A stretch of DNA of 34,415 nt from Nemertoderma westbladi (taxonomy: Eukaryota > Animalia > Xenacoelomorpha). The notes beneath the pieces were generated by a model. It worked only from the letters and a program-made list of their open reading frames with translations. It was not told the DNA's origin and ran no database searches. This document shows, piece after piece, positions 12,601 to 24,300 of this stretch (positions are counted from its first letter, which is position 1; each line of letters begins with the position of its first letter). Where the stretch lies: NCBI GenBank assembly GCA_032718475.1, contig JAUCBJ010000458.1, positions 1-34,415 of the forward strand, given 5' to 3'. The position numbers and the translations under genes were made by a program.

Positions 12601-13309
12601 GGGGGCCAGAGGGGACCAAACACGAACTCAACTTATACGTAGGTTCCTATTTAATTGTCATCCTGTGCTGGTTGATGATAATTTCTTGTTATTAAATTTT
12701 GCGATGTCACCCAAGCCGCCGCCGGTGCCACCACCACTGCCGGCGCCACGAAGTAAAACTTTTGTCTTCTGCTACTTATGTATTTGTCTGGTACATTTAC
12801 CGGTGTGTTGGTGTGGTTTAATTACGGTTCCTGTATTTTTACTGGTAATTGCAATTGGATGGTGTAATACTGTTCCGTAATAAATAAATAAATAATATTA
12901 ATATCATCTTGCCTTTATTGGTAGCACTAGCCGTACTGGTGAGCCGGTACACTAGTACTGACTACTGATATACCGGCAGACCGGTACCTATTTGTCTACG
13001 TGCCGCCTGCTGTTTATCATAAATAAATAGATCTGTATTAATACCAGAATGTAGTACAGCAATAATAGTGAGATAAATATGTGGATATGACTACCTCTAA
13101 TACTGGTCCCGTTGGTTCCGAAGTTTCGTGTTCTCAAACTTCTGCGAGTGTTGATGCTTTGGTAATAAACGTTGAAAAGATTGAAACTTAAGTGGTGAAA
13201 TACGGGTACCACACTCTTATTTATCTTTTGTAAGTTAAACCACATGACAACCAAATGTGACATAGGCCTACCGGTATCTGTAACCAGATAATGGTATCGA
13301 TTACAGGAT

Positions 13310-13372
13310 TAGGGATGTTGCGAATGTCATATTTTTGACATCCGCGGATGCAGATATGTGGATGCGGATGAC
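13310..13372. mobile_element. Possible isolated end of a hAT-type MITE
   Basis: Starts tagggatgttgcgaat, followed by repeated atccgcggatgc/ggatgcggatg words. No matching catcccta end was found in the window. Confidence 0.3.
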
Positions 13373-13604
13373 TATTAAAACCTAAATATTATTAGTAATT
13401 AACCTAAATATTATCCTTAATAGACCAGGACCTAATGAGTTTACTTCTGGCAAGTTATCTAGTAAGAAATCATTTAAATTATTTTATATTTCTATATTTT
13501 TAAAGATAAAAAGCAAAGAAAAGTTTAAGATAAAAAAAATTTAATAATATTGAATATAGCATTGAATACGGTAAACGGTAGCCCTATATAAATTTATTTA
13601 TGCC

Positions 13605-13926
13605 GTAACTTATTCATGTTCCACCTACTTGTTACTTCCTTTCGTTACACCGAACTGTAATTCAATTCAGTTCAACACATTTGTAACTTATTCCTATTCA
13701 ACCGATACTCTAACCTCGCTCCTGTTTTAACTATCTGTATCTCCGTCTAGTTTCACCCTTTTCTAACTCATTTTCATTCCACCCAACAGTCATTCGGTTC
13801 CTCTCTATCATTCCATACACCTGTAACTCCTTCACGTTCCACCTACTTGTAATTCCATCCATTTCAACCCATGTGTAACACCGTTCCGTACTACCCATTT
13901 GTAATTTCCTCTCGTTCCACCTATCT
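13605..13926. repeat. Highly degenerate 26-bp minisatellite, about 12 copies
   Basis: Units such as gtaacttattcatgttccacctactt, gttacttcctttcgttacaccgaact, gtaattcaattcagttcaacacattt, gtaactccttcacgttccacctactt and gtaattccatccatttcaacccatgt, each 26 nt. Confidence 0.8.
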
Positions 13927-14176
13927 TCAAACCCAGTAGGATCGTTTGCTCATCTTTATATTCTCAAATGAATCACTCACTCATTCATCTACGTAACTAT
14001 TTACCCATCCAACCATGCCTCCTTCCTTCTATTTTTTTACTCTGTGATATATTATCACTGAATTGATTAAGATCCAATTTTAATTGAAAATAACCAAGCC
14101 GAGTATTAATTTCATTATTAATTTTAGGTTAGTTTAAAATTGTATTATGTTATAGGTGCTCAACGAAATCCATCTC

Positions 14177-15047
14177 TTGTTCCACCCGCGTTGTTCCACC
14201 CGCGTTGTTCCACCTACGTTGTTCCACCCGCCTTGTTCCATCTGTTTGTTCTACCCGCGTTGTTCTACCAGCGTTGTTCCACCTACGTTATTCCACCCGC
14301 GTTGCTCCACTAGTGTTGTTCCTCCTGCGTTGTTCCACCTGCGTTTTTTATCTCGCGTTGCTCCACCCGTGTTGTTCCATCCGCGTTGTTTCCACCCGCG
14401 TTGTTCCACCCGCCTTGTTCCATCTGTTTTTTCCACCCGCGTTGTTCCACCAGCGTTGTACCACCTATGTTATTCCACCCGCGTTTATCCACTTGTGTTG
14501 TTCTACCTGCGTTGTTCCATCTACGTTATTCCACCCGCGTTGTTCCACCCGCGTTGTTCCACTCGTGTTGTTCCACTCGTGTTGTTCTACCTGCGTTGTT
14601 CCACCCGCGTTTTTCAACTCGCGTTGTTCCACCCGCCTTATTACATTTGTTTTTTCCACCCGCATTGTTCCACCAGCGTTGTTCCACCTACATTATTCCA
14701 CCCGCGTTGTTGCACTCGTGTTGTTCTAACTGCGTTGTTCCACCCGCGATGTTCCACCCGCCTTATTACATCTGTTTCTTCCACCCGCGTTGTTCCACCA
14801 GCGTTGTTCCACCTACGTTATTCCACCCGCGTTGTTCCACTCGTGTTGTTCTACCTGCGTTGTTCCACCCGCGTTTTTCAACTCGCATTGTTCCACCCGC
14901 GATGTTCCACCCGCCTTATTACATTTGTTTTTTTCACCCGCGTTGTTCCACCAGCGTTGTTCCACCTACGTTATTCCACCTGCGTTGTTCCACCCGCGTT
15001 TTTCAACTCGCTTTTTTCCACCCGCAATGTTCTACCTCCTCCACGTT
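14177..15047. repeat. 14-bp minisatellite (gttgttccacccgc)n, about 60 copies
   Basis: Read directly. It produces the overlapping low-complexity ORFs in all frames at 14156-15295. Confidence 0.97.
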
Positions 15048-15462
15048 GTATAGTCCATAACGCAGAAGACTGCTCGCTCACACCGACCGCAGTATCGGAA
15101 TTCAATCTCACAGTGACTCTATTGATGCGGACATATTATTCTCACTTTTACATCGTATATTCCATGGTTGAATATTTGGAAATAAAATTGCATATTATAG
15201 AACTAACTCGCAGAAATATAATTATTTATGCAGATTTATTAATGTCAAGTTTAATATTTAAGATTAATATAAAGTTTAGAAGTAATGTAAACTAAGATGT
15301 CAAAGTTTTACTAAAGTTATTGTTATAATTAGGTGCTTTCATTATTATAACGTTATGGTTTTACATTTCGGTAATGCATACTCATTCATTTCCGAAAGCA
15401 GAGACATATTACTGAAGGTATTTAATTTTTTGTAGTGCTGCAAACTTTATTAAATATCGTCA

Positions 15463-15489
<27 letters not shown>
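15463..15489. repeat. (AT)n microsatellite
   Basis: Read directly. Confidence 0.95.
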
Positions 15490-15494
<5 letters not shown>

Positions 15495-15737
15495 GAGTTG
15501 AACGAATTATGTTTTTGACAGACCAATATCAAGCAAGTAAAATTATTTGGAAACAGAGAAACAACATGTTCCTATCTGTTCAACCGTAAGTAGTCATCGT
15601 TTTATTTAAGCAGGGACACAAAGCGCAACCCTGTTTAAATACTGTAAGTAAAATTATCACATTATTCAAAATTATATTTAAGAGACCGGATCATGCTGAA
15701 CATGGTTGTATACAATTCCTTCCTATTATTTTATTTT

Positions 15738-15740
<3 letters not shown>

Positions 15741-15772
<32 letters not shown>
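15741..15772. repeat. (TA)16 microsatellite
   Basis: Read directly. Confidence 0.95.
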
Positions 15773-15776
<4 letters not shown>

Positions 15777-17159
15777 TGGAAATATATGGTTAAATTATTT
15801 AATCACAATTTCATTAAATGCGTAGATGCAAATTATCAATATTAGTCCTCTTTTATTCAAAAGGAAAGACTAACACATTCCGTTGTTATAAAGCTAATCA
15901 TTATTTACTGGTTTTAGTGTCAATTCAAACCACAGTACTATCTAAAAGCATTTCCAAACACAATTACGTTGTTAGGCAGCATTTTCTATACTGCAACATG
16001 GACCTCAGCAGCAATCAGGTGCCCTCTGGGAAAGTGAGGCGCATTAATTTTACTACATTGCCACGTAGACTCAGAGAGCTACGTCACAAGTAGCAAATTT
16101 AAAAATAGTAATAATATAAATAAGTTGTAATATATTGTTAAGATATATATATATATGACGTGTTTGCTTTATTAAACATAACGTGGTTGCATAAAAGGTA
16201 AATACTTAAATTTCTAAACATTAATCAGAATACTATAAAACAACAAATGGATAAGTAAATTAGTAAATAATAGATATAAAATACGGGATGTTGGAAATTA
16301 ACTCTAAAGGGCATTGTATAATTTAACAGCAAGTATATGATAATATATATATATATAAGGTTATAGAGGAATAATGATATTTATTTGCAGAAAAACTTTG
16401 CATTCAATACAAATTGTAATAGAATTGAACTTTATTTTACAGTGTTTTTTTGCTTTCAGTTTTATTTCACATGATTCCCTTTTACAACACGTGTAAATTT
16501 CACATGTGATGATTCAGCCTATGAGTTGTTTAGAGTAATAATTTATTCAATGTAAATGACCATAATCGTTCATGACCTTTTAGTGATGATCTATGACTCA
16601 AGTATAATAAGGTATATCTAATTTGTAATATAGACAATTATGTAATGTTACATAATGGGTCGCAACTATATGAACACCCCACCCAATATCTTGATTTTTT
16701 AATAAAACCTGTTTGTTTGTTTTAATTTAGGTCGAGAGGAAATTGATGTAAAGTGTATTTTATTGTATTAAACCAATACACTATAGTTAGTACAACATAT
16801 TATATAACGTTATGTAACAACGTGTTAATTAGAACTGTTGCCTTGTTAGTCATCATCATAAGGGAGTACTGTTGTTAAACCACTATGTTGGACAACTTTG
16901 TTAATTAATATTCAAACAATTACAAACTGAAGTGGCTTTGACACAGCTGATTATCAATATCAGCTGTTAAATGAGTATAAAAGAAGGAACAATATTTTAA
17001 ATAGTTCCCTGTTCTTTTATTATTTTTGTGGCGGTTATATATTTGTGATTTGAATTCTGTACGATTTTTTTGATTTGATTTATTACGTTTACGACACTTT
17101 TCCTCTCTTACCACGATTCTTCTTCAGCCCACCCTTAATTTGACCTTATTTTTTCACAC

Positions 17160-17271
17160 GACCACGACTACCTCAACATCTTTCCACGTTTAGACCCGGC
17201 ATTTCTATTTTTGACCACGATTACCTCAACATCATCCCACGTTTAGACCCGGCATTTCTATTGACCACGAC
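17160..17271. repeat. Short tandem duplication, 50-53 bp unit, about 2.2 copies
   Basis: Units begin gaccacga at 17160, 17213 and 17263. The first two continue ...acctcaacatc...ccacgtttagacccggcatttctatt; the third is only a partial start. Confidence 0.9.
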
Positions 17272-17280
17272 TTTGGTTTA

Positions 17281-17965
17281 CCGTATTTCTTAGAATAAGC
17301 TCTCGTCATCGAATAAATTCCCTTTTTATTAATTGCCATTCAAATTACGACTTAAATGCTTTCCTCAAATAAACGCCACGGCTTTAATAATAATATAGGA
17401 AATTTCTGATCCTAAGTGAATAACCTCTAAACATGGCTTGCTTAAACATGTTAATGATTTCTGTTACTTGCGATCAACGATCAAAACAGTCCGTTACGTA
17501 AGGTGTAGGGTATGGGCAGCGTTAAATAGTTTGTCAAGGATTTGTTAAGGGAACCTTAAGGTTCTGTTATGTATGGTAGCAGTAGTACCAGTATTCTACA
17601 AGGGGAAACCAACCATCATAGGCTCTAATTGCAGAGGATATCAAATTTTTTTGGTGTCACTTTCACACAATAATTGCGCGTCGGGTTTATTGTGTCATTA
17701 CAATTAACACATCTCCAATTACATTCTATAGAACATTGGAGGTGTGTTATTAATCTCCACCACCTTTACAATTTACCAGAACTGCCTCCGTATTCTAAGG
17801 CATTAATTTCGCCGTGAGGATCAGCTAGAGCACAATCTAGATCAATTGAATCACATAATTAGCAACATAAACACTCTCCCAGAATAAACACCCCTCTTAA
17901 ATAAACACATCCCCAATTGGCAATTTTAAAGTTAAACACCCATGCTCTTATTCGAAGAAATACGG
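17281..17965. mobile_element. Tc1/mariner-superfamily (pogo/Tigger-like, CCGT-ended) MITE, 685 bp
   Basis: TIR ccgtatttcttagaataag and cttattcgaagaaatacgg (18/19), flanked by TA at 17279-17280 and 17966-17967. Subterminal aataaac words near both ends. No transposase ORF. Confidence 0.9.
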
Positions 17966-18188
17966 TAGACTAATTTTCCAAACATCTTAGGCAACCTTAT
18001 AAAGTGAAGGTAAGTATAAACTTTATATTAACTTGTTAATTCAATATACATATTCAGATACATATTATGAGTGTAACGTAATTCTGTGTTCCTTTTATAC
18101 TAAATATTTGTTGTTATTTACATACATTTTATCATTCAGGCCGTATCTTCCGGTGAGGCACTTTTGTCCTTTGCAGTTCTCTTTCATT

Positions 18189-18259
18189 TGTTCCACTACA
18201 CTACAACTCACCAGACCTGTTCCACTAGACTATTACTTACCCCGACCTGTTGCACTACT
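18189..18259. repeat. 29-30 bp minisatellite, left remnant (about 2.5 copies)
   Basis: tgttccactacactacaactcaccagacctgttccactagactattacttaccccgacctgttgcactac. Same family as 27721-28086. Confidence 0.85.
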
Positions 18260-18312
18260 TTAAATAATAAAATTATAATAATAATAATTATAATTTATAA
18301 TAATTTAAATAA

Positions 18313-21300
18313 TACTTTAAATAAGTGCGTTAGTACGTCTTCAGTCTAACTCACTCCTATTAATAAGTGCATTATTACTTCGTCAGTCTAACTCACTATT
18401 AATAAGTGCATTATTACGTCGTCAGTCTAACTCACTACTTTAAATAAGTGCATTATTACGTCGTCAGTCTAACTCACTATTAATAAGTGCATTATTACGT
18501 CGTCAGTCTAACTCACTATTAATAAGTGCATTATTACGTCGTCAGTCTAACTCACTACTTTAAATAAGTGCATTATTACGTCGTCAGTCTAACTCACTAT
18601 TAATAAGTGCATTATTACGTCGTCAGTCTAACTCACTATTAATAAGTGCATTATTACGTCGTCAGTCTAACTCACTACTTTAAATAAGTGCGTTAGTACG
18701 TCGTCAGTCTAACTCACTACTTTAAATAAGTGCGTTAGTACGTCGTCAGTCTAACTCACTACTTTAAATAAGTGCGTTAGTACGTCGTCAGTCTAACTCA
18801 CTATTAATAAGTGCATTATTACGTCGTCAGTCTAACTCACTACTTTAAATAAGTGCATTATTACGTCGTCAGTCTAACTCACTATTAATAAGTGCATTAT
18901 TACGTCGTCAGTCTAACTCACTATTAATAAGTGCATTATTACGTCGTCAGTCTAACTCACTACTTTAAATAAGTGCGTTAGTACGTCGTCAGTCTTACTC
19001 ACTATTAATAAGTGCATTGCTACGTCGTCAGTCTAACTCACTATTAATAAGTGCATTATTACGTCGTCAGTCTAACTCACTACTATAAATAAGTGCTTTA
19101 TTACGTCGTCAGTCTAACTCACTATTAATAAGTGAATTATTACGTCGTCAGTCTAACTCACTATTAATAAGTGCATTACTACGTCGTCAGTCTAACATAC
19201 TATAAATAAGTGAATTATTACGTCGTCAGTCTAACTCACTATTAATAAGTGCATTATTACGTCGTCAGTCTAACTCACTACTATAAATAAGTGCTTTATT
19301 ACGTCGTCAGTCTAACTCACTATTAATAAGTGAATTATTACGTCGTCAGTCTAACTCACTATTAATAAGTGCATTACTACGTCGTCAGTCTAACATACTA
19401 TAAATAAGTGAATTATTACGTTGTCAGTCTAACTCACTACTATAAATAAGTGCTTTATTACGTCGTCAGTCTAACTCACTATTAATAAGTGCATTATTAC
19501 TTCGTCAGTCTAACTCACTATTAATAAGTGCATTATTACGTCGTCAGTCTAAATCACTACTTTAAATAAGTTCGTTAGTACGTCGTCAGTCTAACTCACT
19601 ATTAATAAGTGCATTATTACGTCGTCAGTCTGACTCACTACTATTAATAAGTGCATTATTACGTCTTCAGTCTAACTCACTACTATAAATAAGTGCAGTA
19701 CTACGTCGTCAGTCTAACTCACTATTAATAAGTGCATTATTACGTCGTCAGTCTGACTCACTACTATTAATAAGTGCATTATTACATCTTCAGTCTAACT
19801 CACTACTTTAAATAAGTGCATTAGTACGTCGTCAGTCTAACTCACTATTAATAAGTGCTTTATTACGTCGTCAGTCTAACTCACTATTAATAAGTGCATT
19901 ACTACGTCGTCAGTCTAACTTAATATAATTAAGTGCATTACTACATCGTCAGTCTAACTCACTACTTTAAATAAGTGCGTTAGTACGTCGTCAGTCTAAC
20001 TCACTATTAATAAGTGCATTATTACGTCGTCAGTCTGACTCACTACTATTAATAAGTGCATTATTACGTCTTCAGTCTAACTCACTACTATAAATAAGTG
20101 CAGTACTACGTCGTCAGTCTAACTCACTATTAATAAGTGCATTATTACGTCGTCAGTCTAACTCACTACTTTAAATAAGTGCATTACTACGTCGTCAGTC
20201 TAACTTACTATAATTAAGTGCATTACTACGTCGTCAGTCTAACTTACTACTTTAAATAAGTGCGTTAGGTCGTCAGTCTAACTCAATACTATAAATAAGT
20301 GCATTACTACGTCGTCAGTCTAACTTACTATAATTAAGTGCATAAACGCGTCGACAGTCTAACTTACTATAATTAAGTGCATTATTACGTCGTCAGTCTA
20401 ACTCACTATTAATAAGTGCATTATTACGTCGTCAGTCTAACTTACTATAAATAAGTACATTATTATGTCGTCAGTCTAACTCACTATTAATAAGTGCATT
20501 ACTACGTCGTCAGTCTAACTTACTATTAATAAGTGCATTATTACGTCGTCAGTCTAACTCACTATTAATAAGTGCATTACTACGCCGTCAGTCTAACTTA
20601 CTATAATTAAGTGCATTATTACGTCGTCAGTCTAACTCACTATTAATAAGTGCATTATTACGTCGTCAGTCTAACTCACTATTAATAAGTGCATTATTAC
20701 GTCGTCAGTCTAACTTACTATAAATAAGTACATTATTATGTCGTCAGTCTAACTCACTATTAATAAGTGCATTACTACGTCGTCAGTCTAACTTACTATT
20801 AATAAGTGCATTATTACGTCGTCAGTCTAACTCACTATTAATAAGTGCATTACTACGTCGTCAGTCTAACTCACTACTTTAAATAAGTGCGTTAGTACGT
20901 CGTCAGTCTAACTCACTATTAATAAGTGCATTATTACGTCGTCAGTCTAACTCACTACTTTAAATAAGTGCATTACTACGTCGTCAGTCTAACTTACTAT
21001 AATTAAGTACATAACTACGACGTGCATTATTACGTCGTCAGTCTAACTCACTACTATAAATAAGTGCATTATTACTTTGTTGTTAGTCTAACTCACTACT
21101 ATAAATAAGTACATTATTACGTCGTCAGTCTAACTCACTACTATAAATAAGTGCATTATTACTTTGTTGTTAGTCTAACTCACTACTATAAATAAGTACA
21201 TTATTACGTCGTCAGTCTAACTCACTACTTTAAATAAGTGCGTTAGTACGTCGTCAGTCTAACTCACTATTAATAAGTGCATTTTTACGTCGTCAGTCTA

Positions 21301-24300
21301 ACTCACTACTTTAAATAAGTACATTATTACGTCGTCAGTCTAACTCACTACTTTAAATAAGTGCGTTAGTACGTCGTCAGTCTAACTCACTATTAATAAG
21401 TGCATTATTACGTCGTCAGTCTAAATCACTACTTTAAATAAGTTCGTTAGTACGTCGTCAGTCTAACTCACTATTAATAAGTGCATTATTATGTCGTCAG
21501 TCTAACTCACTATTAATAAGTGCATTATTACGTCGTCAGTCTAATTCACTACTTTAAATAAGTGCGTTAGTACGTCGTCAGTCTAACTCACTATTAATAA
21601 GTGCATTATTACGTCGTCAGTCTGACTCACTACTTTAAATAAGTGCATTACTAAGTCGTCAGTCTAACTTACTATAATTAAGTGCATTATTACGTCTTCA
21701 GTCTAACTCACTACTTTAAATATGTGCGATAGTACGTCGTTAGTCTAACTCACTACTATTAATAAGTGCATTATTACGTCTTCAGTCTAACTCACTACTA
21801 TAAATAAGTGCAGTACTACGTCGTCAGTCTAACTCACTATTAATAAGTGCATTATTACGTCGTCAGTCTAACTCACTACTTTAAATAAGTGCATTACTAC
21901 GTCGTCATTCTAACTTACTATAATTATGTGCATTACTACGTCGTCAGTCTAACTTACTACTTTAAATAAGTGCGTTAGATCGTCAGTCTAACTCAATACT
22001 ATAATTAAGTGCATTATTACGTCGTCAGTCTAACTCACTATTAATAAGTGCATTATTACGTCGTCAGTCTAACTCACTATTAATAAGTGCATTATTACGT
22101 CGTCAGTCTAACTCACTACTATAAATAAGTGCATTATTACGTCGTCAGTCTAACTCACTATTAATAAGTGCATTACTACGTCGTCAGTCTAACATACTAT
22201 TAATAAATGCATTATTACGTCGTCAGTCTAACTCACTACTTTAAATAAGTGCGTTAGTACGTCGTCAGTCTAACTCACTACTTTAAATAAGTGCGTTAGT
22301 ACGTCGTCAGTCTAACTCACTATTAATAAGTGCATTATTACGTCGTCAGTCTAACTCACTACTTTAAATAAGTGCATTACTACTTCGACAGTCTAACTTA
22401 CTATTAATAAGTGCATTACTACGTCGTCAGTCTAACTTACTATTAATAAATGCATTATTACGTCGTCAGTCTAACTCACTACTTTAAATAATTGCGTTAG
22501 TACGTCGTCAGTCTAACTTACTATTAATAAATGCATTATTACGTCGTCAGTCTAACTCACTACTTTAAATAAGTGCGTTAGTACGTCGTCAGTCTAACTC
22601 ACTACTTTAAATAAGTGCATTATTACGTCGTCAGTCTAACTCACTACTTTAAATAAGTGCATTATTACGTCGTCAGTCTAACTCACTATTAATAAGTGCA
22701 TTACTACGTCGTCAGTCTAACTTACTATTAATAAATGCATTATTACGTCGTCAGTCTAACTCACTACTTTAAATAAGTGCGTTAGTACGTCGTCAGTCTA
22801 ACTCACTACTTTAAATAAGTGCGTTAGTACGTCGTCAGTCTAACTCACTATTAATAAGTGCATTATTACGTCGTCAGTCTAACTCACTACTTTAAATAAG
22901 TGCATTACTACTTCGACAGTCTAACTTACTATAATTAAGTGCATTACTACGTCGTCAGTCTAACTCACTACCTTAAATAAGTGCGTTAGTACGTCGTCAG
23001 TCTAACTCACTACTTTAAATAAGTGCATTATTACGTCGTCAGTGTAACTCACTACTATAAATAATTGCATTATTACGTCGTCAGTCTAACTCACTACTTT
23101 AAATAAGTGCGTTAGTACGTCGTCAGTCTAACTCACTACTTTAAATAAGTGCGTTAGTACGTCGTCAGTCTAACTCACTATTAATAAGTGCATTATTACG
23201 TCGTCAGTCTAACTCACTACTTTAAATAAGTGCATTACTACTTCGTCAGTCTAACTTACTATAATTAAGTGCATTACTACGTCTTCAGTCTAACTCACTA
23301 TTAATAAGTGCATTATTACGTCGTCAGTCTAACTCACTACTTTAAATAAGTGCGTTAGTACGTCGTCAGTCCAACTCACTACTTTAAATAAGTGCGTTAG
23401 TACGTCGTCAGTCTAACTCACTATTAATAAGTGCATTATTACGTCGTCAGTCTAACTCACTACTTTAAATAAGTGCGTTAGTACGTCGTCAGTCTAACTC
23501 ACTACTTTAAATAAGTGCGTTAGTACGTCGTCAGTCTAACTCACTATTAATAAGTGCATTATTACGTCGTCAGTCTAACTCACTACTTTAAATAAGTGCA
23601 TTACTACTTCGTCAGTCTAACTTACTATAATTAAGTGCATTACTACGTCTTCAGTCTAACTCACTATTAATAAGTGCATTATTACGTCGTCAGTCTAACT
23701 CACTACTTTAAATAAGTGCGTTAGTACGTCGTCAGTCCAACTCACTACTTTAAATAAGTGCGTTAGTACGTCGTCAGTCTAACTCACTATTAATAAGTGC
23801 ATTATTACGTCGTCAGTCTAACTCACTACTTTAAATAAGAGCATTACTACGTCGTCAGTCTAACTTACTATAATTAAGTGCATTACTACGTCGTCAGTCT
23901 AACTCTCTACTTTAAATAAGTGCGTTAGTACGTCGTCAGTCTAACTCACTACTTTAAATAAGTGCATTATTACGTCGTCAGTGTAACTCACTACTATAAA
24001 TAAGTGCATTACTACGTCGTCAGTCTAACTGACTATAATTAAGTCCATTACTACGTCATCATTCTAACTCACTACTTTAAATAAGTACATTATTACGTTG
24101 TCAGTCTAACTCACTACTTTAAATAAGTGCGTTAGTACGTCGTCAGTCTAACTCACTATTAATAAGTGCATTATTACATCGTCAGTCTAACTCACTACTT
24201 TAAATAAGTGCGTTAGTACGTCGTCAGTCTAACTTACTATAATTAAGTGCATTATTACGTCTTCAGTCTAACTCACTATTAATAAGTGCATTATTACGTC

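Noticed and set aside
14156-15295. 379-aa ORF and overlapping ORFs in several frames
   Set aside because: They result from a stop-poor 14-bp minisatellite. The same peptides cycle through all frames and both strands.
17968-18190. Possible small exons around donor gtaagt at 18010 and acceptor ttcag near 18139
   Set aside because: After removing the MITE all three upstream frames contain a stop, and the downstream part runs into a minisatellite. It cannot be supported as coding; a UTR exon remains possible.
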